Origin: Armatimonadota bacterium
GTDB lineage: Bacteria; Armatimonadota; UBA5829; DSUL01
NCBI GenBank assembly: GCA_039811685.1
Contig: JBDHZC010000002.1
Location: 320,001-384,000 of the forward strand
Direction: 5' to 3'
Length of the DNA stretch: 64,000 nucleotides
Part shown: piece by piece, positions 20,336 through 29,777 of the stretch
Layout of the letters: every line of letters starts with the position of its first letter
Numbering within the stretch: the first letter of the stretch is position 1
Position numbers and translations under genes: made by a program
The notes under the pieces: generated by a model
Database searches by the model: none
What the model was told of the DNA's origin: nothing
What the model saw: the letters and a program-made list of their open reading frames with translations, nothing else

Positions 20336-21427
20336 CTATTTCACGAGAATATCTGCCCGCTGACGCCACCCGGAAGGAGTCTGCACATCCACGATCGGCC
20401 ACTCCGGCGTCACAGTCAGCACATCTGGCCACGGTTCACTTGCCAGCACCGTATCCTCTGACTTTGCGCCCGTGATGGAGGGATTCCAGGCAAACGGCTG
20501 AAGTGGAGCGATGCGCTGCGGACTGCTCTGAGTGGCCCGGAACTCGCGCCCCTTGTAGCCGGTTGGCCCACCCTGGTGGTGCAGCTTCCACTCTTCAGGA
20601 TAGCCTCTGGCCGCATAAGCCTCAAAGCCTGCCTTCACGGCGTCTCCGATTGTCTCACCAGGAAGGGTGTGTGATAGAAAAGCCGCATCAACTTCGCAGA
20701 CGGCCTGATGCTTTCTTGCCAACTCCTCCGGCAGCTTTCCAAAGTGGACAATGCGGGTGCATGAGCAGATCAGGCCTTTCCAGCGCGCGCCGACAACCAG
20801 CATGCAGGCCTTTTCGATGCGTTTGGCGGTGGGAACAGGATGGCGGTAGAGACTTATGCGCTCATCGGCAGCCACGAGAATGACACTTGCGATGACGCCT
20901 TTGGAGTAAAGAGCGCCTGCGAGCTTTCCCGCGATTTCATGCTCGGACTGGCCAACCTCAACACTTTCCCCAACACGCTGCAGAGCAAGACCCGTTATCC
21001 GCCCGAGCTCCCGGTACGACTGCACCTCCTGCACGGTCAGCTCCGCGCGCAACCGATACATGAGAGGCTCCACGTCCGGCTGTCCCGGTGTGTGCATGTC
21101 TGAAGCCCACCTTTGACTTTGAAGCCTCTGTGTGACAGCACCGGTCAGATCCGGCTCCCACCAGGGAAACTCCACCACTTCAAGCCCCAGACTCACTGTC
21201 TCTTCATCACGCAATCTCGGCGCTTCGATGTTGTCGGTCACGACAAAGACTTCTGAGGGAGTCACGACTGCCGCCGCGTTGCCGTTGTCCGAGGTTATCC
21301 CAACGTGGTTGTCCGCACCGCCGGTAAGCCAGGCGAAGTTGGCCACTGTGCCGAACACCGCGCCATCCAACCCCTGCTCCTGCAGCAGCGCCCTGACGCG
21401 AGCCAGCTTCTGCTCGAAGTCCGTCAC
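20336..21427 (-). CDS. M24 (Xaa-Pro peptidase/creatinase-like) family protein
   Basis: Creatinase-type N-domain (NFAWLTGG) plus pita-bread domain (RHP, TR, HHQGG.TGY..RE, WNPS...KSEDT). Confidence 0.8.
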   Translation of the reverse strand: MTDFEQKLARVRALLQEQGLDGAVFGTVANFAWLTGGADNHVGITSDNGNAAAVVTPSEVFVVTDNIEAPRLRDEETVSLGLEVVEFPWWEPDLTGAVTQRLQSQRWASDMHTPGQPDVEPLMYRLRAELTVQEVQSYRELGRITGLALQRVGESVEVGQSEHEIAGKLAGALYSKGVIASVILVAADERISLYRHPVPTAKRIEKACMLVVGARWKGLICSCTRIVHFGKLPEELARKHQAVCEVDAAFLSHTLPGETIGDAVKAGFEAYAARGYPEEWKLHHQGGPTGYKGREFRATQSSPQRIAPLQPFAWNPSITGAKSEDTVLASEPWPDVLTVTPEWPIVDVQTPSGWRQRADILVK

Positions 21428-22350
21428 GGCTTGTCTGAGCTCGGACTCTGACGTTTCATTTCATACAGAGGCGCGGGAAGCTGCTCTGAAGTCAGCAGCA
21501 GCGCATCGCCATCACTTGAGTAACAGATCGCTTCAGCCTGCCGCATCACCGGCCCGGCGATTGGCTGCGGCTTGCTCTTCCAGATATCGTCAAAGCTCTT
21601 TGCCCCGTCCGGCAGGGTGAACTCAAGAATTCCGAGATATGTCTTGACAGCTACGTGTTTGCCGTCCGGAGAAATGTCAGCGCCAGTTATCAGGTCTGGA
21701 GCGACGTCAATCTGACCCACCCGTGTGAGCACCTTCGCCTCCCACCAGTGCTCCGTCTCTCGTGGAAGCTTATAGACTGTCGAGGGGTCCTTTGGCTCTT
21801 TTGTGATGATGTAGATGTCTCCTGTCTGGGGATGCACGGCCATGGCTTCGGAGTTGTGCGGATGATCCGGGTAAGAAAAGGTGCGATAGATGGTGGGTTC
21901 CTGGCTGAGATGAGGCGCTTCTTTGGTACCGGGGTCCGAAAGCAGCTTCGGTTCAGGAATCCGATAGACCGTCCGCTGGCAGCGATCCAGATCGTTGTTG
22001 CCAATATCTCCCAGATAAAGATAGCTTCCCTTCCCGTCCGGCCCCGGCCCCCAGGCGATGTCCTCCCAGTCCACAGCTCCCGCTGAGCGAACGAGGAACA
22101 CGCCCTTGACCTCGCCACTCGTGGAAATGGCGTAGACATAGGCGCCGTCTCCCGAATCGTTATGGACCCAGTAGATGCCCGGGTTGTTCCGGGATGCGGC
22201 GATGCCTGAAATCTCTGCGAGGAAGGGAGCGGTGATATCCGCCAGCTTTTTGGAGTCGCCGTATGGTTGGCTGAAAACTGCCTGAGCGCCCGGCAAACCT
22301 ATCAGCACACATAAGACAAAGCTCTTCAAAATACGTTGCGGCAATCTCAT
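21424..22350 (-). CDS. Secreted beta-propeller-like protein
   Basis: Signal peptide; EISGIAAS, WVHNDSG, DWEDIA, LYLGDIGNN, ITGADISPDG, QAEAI motifs. Confidence 0.7.
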   Translation of the reverse strand: MRLPQRILKSFVLCVLIGLPGAQAVFSQPYGDSKKLADITAPFLAEISGIAASRNNPGIYWVHNDSGDGAYVYAISTSGEVKGVFLVRSAGAVDWEDIAWGPGPDGKGSYLYLGDIGNNDLDRCQRTVYRIPEPKLLSDPGTKEAPHLSQEPTIYRTFSYPDHPHNSEAMAVHPQTGDIYIITKEPKDPSTVYKLPRETEHWWEAKVLTRVGQIDVAPDLITGADISPDGKHVAVKTYLGILEFTLPDGAKSFDDIWKSKPQPIAGPVMRQAEAICYSSDGDALLLTSEQLPAPLYEMKRQSPSSDKP

Positions 22351-22503
22351 ATCAGACCCTTTCGGCGCTCACCAGCGTCCGTCCTGCTCTCGGCCAGGCG
22401 GGAAATGCGCCTTCGCGTTGACGCCACAGCCATCCAGCGTCTATGATTGGGAAGCTGGCTTCGCGCAGGCAGCCGGCTTCCACGGAGGGAATCGCCCGAG
22501 CAC

Positions 22504-22980
22504 ATGTCAGAAAGCATGAAACGCTGGCTTGCAGTCGTCCGGATTGTCACCGGCGCGCTTTTCATCAACAACGCGCTGCCAAAGCTGGCGGCGCCGTATC
22601 TGCTGCACTTTCATCAGGAAGTCGCAGCGTGGGCGAAAGACAACCCGTTCCCCTGGTTCAAAGCGTTCTTACAGCAGGTTATCCTGCCCCACAGCCAGAC
22701 AGCGGCGCTGTCCATCGGAGTGGCAGAGTTTCTGGTGGGAGTCTGTCTTTTAGCCGGCTTTCTCAGCGGGCTGGCCGCACTCATCGGTACAGTTCACGGC
22801 GTGGCTATGATGCTGGCGACTTCCCACCTGACGCACGCGCCTGCGCCCGGCATCTCGCATGTCTTAGACGCAAACAATGTATTCGCAGTGCTCGTGCTGA
22901 TTTTACTGTTTGCGGGCCGCGCAGGGCGAACGTGGGGGTTCGGAGCAAAACTGGGAGGGTCCAGGAGTATCCTGTGGTAA
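22504..22980 (+). CDS. DoxX-family membrane protein
   Basis: LAVVRIVTGALF..A..K; P.PWFKAFL..VI.P; EFLVG..L..G; four hydrophobic segments; AGRTWG. Confidence 0.75.
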   Translation: MSESMKRWLAVVRIVTGALFINNALPKLAAPYLLHFHQEVAAWAKDNPFPWFKAFLQQVILPHSQTAALSIGVAEFLVGVCLLAGFLSGLAALIGTVHGVAMMLATSHLTHAPAPGISHVLDANNVFAVLVLILLFAGRAGRTWGFGAKLGGSRSILW

Positions 22981-22982
22981 AG

Positions 22983-23450
22983 ATGAGAAGATTTTGGCTG
23001 ACGAGCTGTCCGGATGAGGGCGCTGCGGCCTTCGAGGCTGTGGCGACGCGCATGTCCCGCGAGATGCCACGTGTAGTGTTCTGCAGCGAACACCCGCACA
23101 GCTATCACCTTGCGAGTGAGATAGCGAAGACACAGGATGTCCGTCTTCGCGCGCGCAGACGCTTGAACCTGCCGACGGTGGAAGGCGAACAGCCAGAAAC
23201 GGCTATGGCTGAAATAGACTCCATCGCCCGGCAGCCTGGGCCCCGCACGGTTGCTGTTGTGGTGGAGACTGCGCTCATCCAGATGATTCTGTGTCACCTG
23301 CTCAGCCTGCCGGCTTCCCAGCGCCACCGGATGGGACAGCAGCCCGGAGCCGTAAACCTCCTGCTCAATGAGAGCGGATTGTGGATGATTGACAGTGTGA
23401 ACGACATCGGACACCTGCAGGCGCGGTGTGCGGGCTCCGCCCAGCCATAA
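22983..23450 (+). CDS. Histidine phosphatase (phosphoglycerate mutase)-like protein, degenerate
   Basis: C-terminal pattern GE...TVAVV....I..ILCHLL.LP......QQPGAVNLL....W.IDSVNDIGHL; no N-terminal RHG motif. Confidence 0.55.
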   Translation: MRRFWLTSCPDEGAAAFEAVATRMSREMPRVVFCSEHPHSYHLASEIAKTQDVRLRARRRLNLPTVEGEQPETAMAEIDSIARQPGPRTVAVVVETALIQMILCHLLSLPASQRHRMGQQPGAVNLLLNESGLWMIDSVNDIGHLQARCAGSAQP

Positions 23451-23488
23451 ACGAGCTGCGATGTCGCAAATAACCCGATAAGCTGAAT

Positions 23489-24526
23489 ATGGACATTACA
23501 TCGAGTCAACTCTTCGACAGAATTCTCGGCTGCTTTGCGGGTCTGGCTGCGGGTGATGCGCTGGGGCAGACCTACCGCGGGCTCACATGGCAGCAAGTCG
23601 CTGAGCTGTTCGAGCGAGTCGAGAGCTTTCAGAAATGGAGCGACAGCGACGGACACAGACATCCGGCCGGCGAGGTTTCAGAAACCCTCAGGCTGGCCGC
23701 TGACGCCGCGCTGCTGGGGCTTTCACACGAGAATGTGCCCGCATCCGGGGACATTCTGACGGCTGCTGAGAAGATGGGAAATATCTCAAGTCTGGCGCTG
23801 AGACTTGCCGTCGAAAGGTCGCACGCGCGCCCGGTGACGCCTGTTCGGGGACTTCCGGAGGTGCCCGGGGCAGAACCGCTGTACCTGGGAGCGGTACTCG
23901 GAGCCTTAAGCCCGGGGGATCCGGAAGCGGCATTCCTGCGGACAGGTGCGGCATGCGGGTTTCTGGCGGAGGGTCCCTCCCTGGAAGCAGGACAGACTCT
24001 GGCCGCTGCCGTAGCGTCGGCGTTTTTTCCTGAGAGCGAGCCTTCCACAGTGCTTGACACGGCGCTGGAATACGCTCCCCCGGCAGTTTCCCGCGTCCTG
24101 CAGCGGGCGGCTCTGTTTGCGCGCGAGCATCTCGCGCACCCGCTCTCGCTCATTACTCCGGCCATTGACAGCCATCTGACAGCGTCGCCCGGCGTGCGAA
24201 ACTCACCACTGGAAGCCCTGGCGGTCGGTCTGGTGTGCGTCTATGCCAGCGATGGACGCCCACAGGCGGCCATAACGGCTGCAGCGGCGTATGGAGGATT
24301 GAGTCACGCGACCGCAGCCGCCTCTGGCGCACTCACAGGCGCGCTTCGGGGGGCATCAGCGTTGCCGGCGCAGTGGACTCAGGCTCTGAAGCAGTCCAAC
24401 CCGAACCTGCAGCTTGAGAAGATTGCGAGCGCAGTCTGCAAGCTTGTTCTCAATCAAGTGGACGAGGCGACCAGAAGAACTCAGATGTTGAACGCGATGA
24501 CATCGGCCCCTGTTTCGCCGGACTAG
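23489..24526 (+). CDS. ADP-ribosylglycohydrolase-fold protein, probably degenerate
   Basis: DRILGCFAGLAAGDALG at the N-terminus and AAASGALTGALRGASALPAQW at the C-terminus; acidic metal ligands missing. Confidence 0.75.
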   Translation: MDITSSQLFDRILGCFAGLAAGDALGQTYRGLTWQQVAELFERVESFQKWSDSDGHRHPAGEVSETLRLAADAALLGLSHENVPASGDILTAAEKMGNISSLALRLAVERSHARPVTPVRGLPEVPGAEPLYLGAVLGALSPGDPEAAFLRTGAACGFLAEGPSLEAGQTLAAAVASAFFPESEPSTVLDTALEYAPPAVSRVLQRAALFAREHLAHPLSLITPAIDSHLTASPGVRNSPLEALAVGLVCVYASDGRPQAAITAAAAYGGLSHATAAASGALTGALRGASALPAQWTQALKQSNPNLQLEKIASAVCKLVLNQVDEATRRTQMLNAMTSAPVSPD

Positions 24527-24656
24527 AGAACGCGTATCCGGAAAGAACCCATTGGCTGCCGCCCAGTTTGCATGTGAGCGGCCTCTTCAGAGCGGCGAAT
24601 CACTTCGAGCTGACAAACATGCTAGAATACCGCCGTTGCAGCAGGAGGCTTGAGTA

Positions 24657-25727
24657 TTGCAGGTTCATAGCGTCGCCGAAAGTGACCGGGGCGCATTCCA
24701 CGAATTTATCCGCCAGAGCCCTTACGGCGATGTTCTTCAGACGGCGGCCTGGGCGCGCCTGAAATCCGCGTCCGGCTGGAAAGCTCACTATCTGCGCGTC
24801 GGAGACGAAGCAGACACGGTGGCGGCGTGTGTTGCTCTGGAGCGACGGCTCCCCAGAGTGCCTTTTACTCTCCTGTACTGTCCGCGAGGACCCGTGCTGA
24901 ACTGGAATACGCCGGATGCGCTTGTTGCGCTGACAGACGCACTGAAAGGCCTGGCCCGCAAGCGGCGCGCTATCCTGGTGAAGATTGACCCGCCTGTTCC
25001 TGCGGACACTCCCGGAGTGCGTGAGGCGCTGAGGAGGGCTGGTTTCAGGCATATTGAGTCCGCGGGATTCGGCGGGACACAGCCACGATGCGTGATGAAG
25101 CTGGATCTTTCTGCGGGGCTGGATCAAGTCTTCGAATCCTTCAAACCGAAGTGGCGCTACAACGTGCGCCTGGCGGAGCGCAAGGGGGTTGTTGTTCGCG
25201 AGGGCGGCGCACAGGACGTGGACACGTTCTATGACATCCTGCTGGAGACCGCAAAGCGAGACCGCTTTCTGGTGCGTGGGCGCGAGTATTTTCACTCTAT
25301 GTGGAGAGAGCTCAGCGCCGACCGCCTCATCCGTGTCTTCCTCGCAGAGTACGAGGGCCAGACAATTTCCGGCGCGTTGCTGTACGTGCTTGGAAAACAG
25401 GCGTGGTACACCTACGGCGCCAGCTCCAACGAACACCGCAACGTCATGCCAAACCACCTCATGCAGTGGCGTATGATGCAGGCGGCGGCCGAGGCGGGAT
25501 GCGCGGTTTATGATTTCCGGGGCGTATCGTGCAATCAGGAAGCCGCCGAAGACGATCATCTTCAGGGCCTCAACCGATTCAAGGCAGGCTTTAACGCCCA
25601 GTTTGTCGAGTACGTCGGCGAGTATGATTTGCCTGTCTCACGCGCAATGTACACGGCCTGGACTAAAGTGGCGCCCGTAGCGCTTGGAATGCTGAAGAAA
25701 CGGGCAGCCGCGTCGGAGATAGAATAA
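24657..25727 (+). CDS. FemABX-family peptidoglycan bridge aminoacyltransferase
   Basis: LQTAAWARLK..GW, YCPRGP, KIDP, RYNVRLAERKGV, YTYGAS, PNHLMQW, YDFRG, GLNRFK.GF. Confidence 0.9.
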   Translation: MQVHSVAESDRGAFHEFIRQSPYGDVLQTAAWARLKSASGWKAHYLRVGDEADTVAACVALERRLPRVPFTLLYCPRGPVLNWNTPDALVALTDALKGLARKRRAILVKIDPPVPADTPGVREALRRAGFRHIESAGFGGTQPRCVMKLDLSAGLDQVFESFKPKWRYNVRLAERKGVVVREGGAQDVDTFYDILLETAKRDRFLVRGREYFHSMWRELSADRLIRVFLAEYEGQTISGALLYVLGKQAWYTYGASSNEHRNVMPNHLMQWRMMQAAAEAGCAVYDFRGVSCNQEAAEDDHLQGLNRFKAGFNAQFVEYVGEYDLPVSRAMYTAWTKVAPVALGMLKKRAAASEIE

Positions 25728-25730
25728 GCC

Positions 25731-26834
25731 GTGTCTCATGCCTGGATTGAAGTCGATCTCAGCGCGCTGAAAGACAACTTCCGGCAGTTGTCCACGGCCT
25801 TCGGAAATTGCCGAGTGATCCCTGTAGTCAAGAGCGATGCGTACGGCCACGGCGCGAACGCAACCGCACTGGCCCTGCAGCAGGTGGGAGCAGATACGCT
25901 GGCGGTCACCTTTGTGGAAGAAGCCGCGGCGCTGCGCGAAGCCGGGTACTCCGGAAGAATCTGGCTGCTGGCGCCTGTGCGCGGCGCTGACATCCAGCAC
26001 GCCGTAGAGCTTGATCTGACAGCCTGTATCACAGACATCCAGGCGGCTCAGGAGTTGAGCGACGCGGCAAGCCAGCAGCAAAAACTCATCGAAGCTCAGA
26101 TCAAGATTGACTCGGGTATGGGCAGGCTGGGAGTGCGTCCGGATGAAGCAGTGGAGTTGGCAAAGGCTTTGATGGCGCAACAGTCTCTGAGATTGGTGGG
26201 AGTGTATTCTCACTGCGCCAATGGGGCCAGCGCAGCGGCCGTCGCAAGGCAACTGCAGCTGTTTCAACGCTGCTGCGCCGAGATTGAAGCCGAAGGCATC
26301 GCTATTCCTATGCGCCACATCGCGGCCAGCGCCGCCTCCCTTGCTCTGCCGGAATCGAGACTGGACGCCGTACGCATCGGCACGCTACTGTACGGTCAGT
26401 TTCCGGCGGCTCACCTGCGGCAGACTCCGGCCGGCAGAGAGCTCAATCTAAAGCAGACCTGGGCATTCAAAGCGCGCATTCTGCAGATTCGCTCTATGCC
26501 GCCCGGCGCCTCAATTGGTTACAGCTCCGAGTATCAGACGTCGCGTGTGTCGCGCATCGCGGTCGTCAGTGCAGGGTTGGCAGAAGGGCTTGGCATGCAG
26601 CCAGCCAGCCTTTCACGCGCGGGCTTGAAAGGTATCGTGCGCTCGTTAGCGCCGAAGCATCTCTATGCGACAGTGCGCAATCAGAAGGCGCCCATTGTAG
26701 GTCGCGTAGGAATGCAGCTTTGCTCGATAGATGTAACAGACATTCAGGAAGCGCAGATCGGCGATGAAGTCCTCTTACCCGTTCGGCGTATCGCTTCCAA
26801 CGCTGCCCTTCCCCGCGTTTACCTCTCCAGTTAG
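25731..26834 (+). CDS. alr: Alanine racemase-family PLP racemase
   Basis: VVKSDAYGHG (PLP Lys), KIDSGMGRLG, YSH, VRIG.LLYG, IGY (catalytic Tyr). Confidence 0.88.
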   Translation: MSHAWIEVDLSALKDNFRQLSTAFGNCRVIPVVKSDAYGHGANATALALQQVGADTLAVTFVEEAAALREAGYSGRIWLLAPVRGADIQHAVELDLTACITDIQAAQELSDAASQQQKLIEAQIKIDSGMGRLGVRPDEAVELAKALMAQQSLRLVGVYSHCANGASAAAVARQLQLFQRCCAEIEAEGIAIPMRHIAASAASLALPESRLDAVRIGTLLYGQFPAAHLRQTPAGRELNLKQTWAFKARILQIRSMPPGASIGYSSEYQTSRVSRIAVVSAGLAEGLGMQPASLSRAGLKGIVRSLAPKHLYATVRNQKAPIVGRVGMQLCSIDVTDIQEAQIGDEVLLPVRRIASNAALPRVYLSS

Positions 26835-28013
26835 CGGCTCGCCGGTCGCCGGCGTAGCATCGGCCAGCTTCTCCTCATGGCCGAGTTTGGTTTCAGATTG
26901 CGCCGCTCGCTTCTCCGGGGGCACGTGGGCGTAGTCTGGAATAGGCTCGGAAAGGCGAGGATATAGCGTGGAGGCGACAATGGCGATGCTGGCCGCTACA
27001 GGCACACCGATGATGAAACCAACCAGCCCGAAAAGCTGGCTTCCCGCCATCAGAGCGAACAGACTGATCAGCGGATGCAGGCCAGTGGATTTCCCCAGAA
27101 TCTTTGGAGTGAGAAAGCTGTCAAACACCTGATTGAGAGCCAGCACAACCAGCATCACGACGCCAGCAAACTGCAGATCCCCGCCAGACCCAACCAGAGC
27201 CACCGTACCTGAGAGGACGATAAGACTGATAGAACCAACGTACGGGACTGCGTACAGCAGAGAAGCCGCAAGCCCAAGCACCAGCACATACTGCACACCA
27301 AGCAGTGACAATGCGACGGTAATGGAAATGCCATAGAGCCCGCAAAGTGTCACCAGCCCTCGCAAGTACCCCAGAAACACCGCGCCTACACGATCCATCA
27401 CGTCAACGACCTGATCGCGAAACTGCGGCGGGATTACGTAGTGAACACGCCTGCGCAGCTTCGGCCAGTCGTTGAGCAGATAGAAGGTGGCCAGGAGGAT
27501 AATGACAATGTTGACCAGGTATCCGGCTGTGCCTATTACCCCGCCAAGTGTGTTCTGGAGCGCGCGCGGGCCAACCGTGTTGATGTAGTGTGAAAGCTGC
27601 GATGTGAGCTCGGTGTAAGTCTGAGGAACCTCCAGCGGCAGCCGGCGAATCAGCGGGCTGTGGGACAAATGCGTCCATGAGTCTTTGAACTGAGCCAGAT
27701 AGCCGGGCCAGTTGGACACCAGCGACTGCACCTCTCCCCACGTCAACGGCACAATCCACGTCAGGAATGCGCCAAATGCGACAAAAAAGAGGAGATAGAC
27801 GATTATCACACTCCAGACACGGCGCAGCCCCCGAACCTGGAGCCTCTCCATAAGCGGGTCCAGAAGCGCCGCAATGGCTACCGCAATCAGAAACGGCGCC
27901 AGTACGCGGCGCACCAGATACAACAGGAGCAAAAACAGCAGAAGAAGAAGGGCCGCGGCAGCCAGCCCCCGGCCTCTGACAGGAAGCTCATCCTGCGTTG
28001 GCGTCAGACTCAC
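26775..28013 (-). CDS. AI-2E family transporter
   Basis: PFLIAVAIAALLDP, FYLL.D, GYLRG, VPYVG, P..LG...GLHP, G..LFG.VG.IIGVP. Confidence 0.9.
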   Translation of the reverse strand: MSLTPTQDELPVRGRGLAAAALLLLLFLLLLYLVRRVLAPFLIAVAIAALLDPLMERLQVRGLRRVWSVIIVYLLFFVAFGAFLTWIVPLTWGEVQSLVSNWPGYLAQFKDSWTHLSHSPLIRRLPLEVPQTYTELTSQLSHYINTVGPRALQNTLGGVIGTAGYLVNIVIILLATFYLLNDWPKLRRRVHYVIPPQFRDQVVDVMDRVGAVFLGYLRGLVTLCGLYGISITVALSLLGVQYVLVLGLAASLLYAVPYVGSISLIVLSGTVALVGSGGDLQFAGVVMLVVLALNQVFDSFLTPKILGKSTGLHPLISLFALMAGSQLFGLVGFIIGVPVAASIAIVASTLYPRLSEPIPDYAHVPPEKRAAQSETKLGHEEKLADATPATGEPLTGEVNAGKGSVGSDTPNG

Positions 28014-28777
28014 TTTGTCAGAAGTTGCTTGAGCCGTTTGAGCGCCTTGCTTTGCAGACGCGACACGTGCATCTGAGAGATGTTCAGCCGTTTCGCCACC
28101 TCAGTCTGTGACATATCGTTAAAGAATCTGTAATACAGAATACTTCTCTCGCGATCACCGAGACTCTCCAGCGCTCGCGTCAGATCGTCGTAGGCTTCGA
28201 GCTTCCCAAGCGACTCATCCTCCGATCCGATCGTGTCCCCGGGAGTGGTTGAGGAACCGTCAGCGCCAGACTGCGGCGCGTCTATGGACACTGTTTCATA
28301 GGCGTTGGCCAGTTCAAGAGCCGCTAGAGTATCCTCTTCAGATGCTTGAATTTCCTGCGCCAGCTCAGCAATGGTTGGAGCGCGTCCCAGCTTTTGCAGA
28401 AGCCGCGCGGAGGCGCGCGAGGCCGTCTGGTTCAGCTCCTGCAGCCGCCGAGGAACCTTCAGGCTCCAGGCTTTGTCGCGGAAGTAGCGGCGGATCTCAC
28501 CGACAATAGTGGGCGTGGCAAAAGTGGAAAATTTGATCCCACGATTCGGATCAAATCGATCAACGGCGTTAACCAGCCCTATGTTGCCCACGGAGATGAG
28601 GTCTTCCAGCGGCTCTCCCCGGTTGGCAAATTTTGCGGCCAGATAGTGCACAAGATTCTGGTGAGCGTTGACCAGCTCCGCGCGCAGCTCCGGGTCTTTA
28701 GTCTGTGCGAACTGCTTGAAGAGATACTCAGAATGCTCACGCACTCTCGACGCCGCGGGTTTACCGCTTTCGCTCAT
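28010..28777 (-). CDS. sigB: SigB/SigF/SigG-family RNA polymerase sigma factor
   Basis: EDLISVGNIGLVNAVDRFDP, FATPTIVGEIRRYFRD, VPRRLQEL, SQTEVA..L.ISQMHVSRL; in operon with rsbV/rsbW homologs. Confidence 0.88.
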   Translation of the reverse strand: MSESGKPAASRVREHSEYLFKQFAQTKDPELRAELVNAHQNLVHYLAAKFANRGEPLEDLISVGNIGLVNAVDRFDPNRGIKFSTFATPTIVGEIRRYFRDKAWSLKVPRRLQELNQTASRASARLLQKLGRAPTIAELAQEIQASEEDTLAALELANAYETVSIDAPQSGADGSSTTPGDTIGSEDESLGKLEAYDDLTRALESLGDRERSILYYRFFNDMSQTEVAKRLNISQMHVSRLQSKALKRLKQLLTK

Positions 28778-29205
28778 CCATTCAACTCACAGTTTTTGAC
28801 GAGGCGCACAATCTGACCGCCGCCTTCAGCCTCACCAATCTCAACAGAATCTACCAGAAGCTGCATCAAAGAGACGCGAAACTGCTGGTTGTCGAAATCC
28901 GCTTCCAGCCCGCTGTCTTCCTCCGTTGATTCGGTCTCCGGCGCCAGCGGCACATCGTCCCGTATCTCCAGCACAATACGTGCGGAATCTACTGCGCCCA
29001 CAACCTGAATGTGAGCATTGTTGCTGTCCACCTGCGACGCTCTGTACACGGATGACGCGCACGCCTCGCCAACCGCCAGCCGCAGATCCTCAACCTCGTC
29101 GTACGACAGCGGAATACGTCCGCAAAGCCCCAGCACGGCCAGGCGAACCACTGAAACGTATTCGGGGCTGCACGGGACCCTAAGCTCAATAATTGGAGTG
29201 GTCAT
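28774..29205 (-). CDS. rsbW: RsbW-like anti-sigma factor with degenerate ATP-binding boxes
   Basis: L.VP..PEYVSVVRLAV.G...EDLRLAVGEAC; LMQLLVD.V; lies between the STAS protein and the sigma factor. Confidence 0.8.
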   Translation of the reverse strand: MTTPIIELRVPCSPEYVSVVRLAVLGLCGRIPLSYDEVEDLRLAVGEACASSVYRASQVDSNNAHIQVVGAVDSARIVLEIRDDVPLAPETESTEEDSGLEADFDNQQFRVSLMQLLVDSVEIGEAEGGGQIVRLVKNCELNG

Positions 29206-29220
29206 CACCTGCAAGCCGGC

Positions 29221-29571
29221 CTACTTCCTTTCGGTTTTTTGTAGCGCTTCATCCATTGTCGCGGAAATGTTGAACACTTTGTCCAGCCCCGTGACCTCAA
29301 GAACACGCATAATACGAGGTTTGGTCGTCACCAGAAGCACCTCGCCACCGAGTTCGCGCGCCCGCTTGAGACCCGCAACAAGAATCCCCAGGCCGCTGGA
29401 ATCGAGATAGTCCACACTGGACAGATCTACGACCAGCGATGTACAACCGGCCTCAAAGTGCTCCAGCATTGCCGAGCGCACGCGCGGGGACGTGTAGACG
29501 TCAATCTCTCCCGTCACGGAGACAAGCCCAATCGCCGGAGAGGGGCGCTCCGAGGAAACCCCAAAGTCCAT
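29221..29571 (-). CDS. rsbV: STAS-domain anti-sigma factor antagonist
   Basis: GEIDVYTSP, VDLSSVDYLDSSGLG (phospho-Ser motif), LEVTGL. Confidence 0.9.
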   Translation of the reverse strand: MDFGVSSERPSPAIGLVSVTGEIDVYTSPRVRSAMLEHFEAGCTSLVVDLSSVDYLDSSGLGILVAGLKRARELGGEVLLVTTKPRIMRVLEVTGLDKVFNISATMDEALQKTERK

Positions 29572-29777
29572 CGTCGTCCCGCCCCTGGATGCCTGTGTTT
29601 CGTCCATAATTTCTGACTCTTTCACCAGTGATAGAAATGCCCGCCGATGGATTACGACGGGCAGTTGTGAATTCTTGCAGACGAGCCTCTACAGCTTGAT
29701 GACAGCGCAACGCTGACGGAAGGAACCGCCGGCTAATTCACAGCGCAAGCTGGCTGGCAGAGTCGAGTCGTCTACCC

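Noticed and set aside
22443..22982. N-terminal extension of the 335-aa ORF 22443-23450
   Set aside because: Overlaps the DoxX gene out of frame; the real gene probably starts near 22983.
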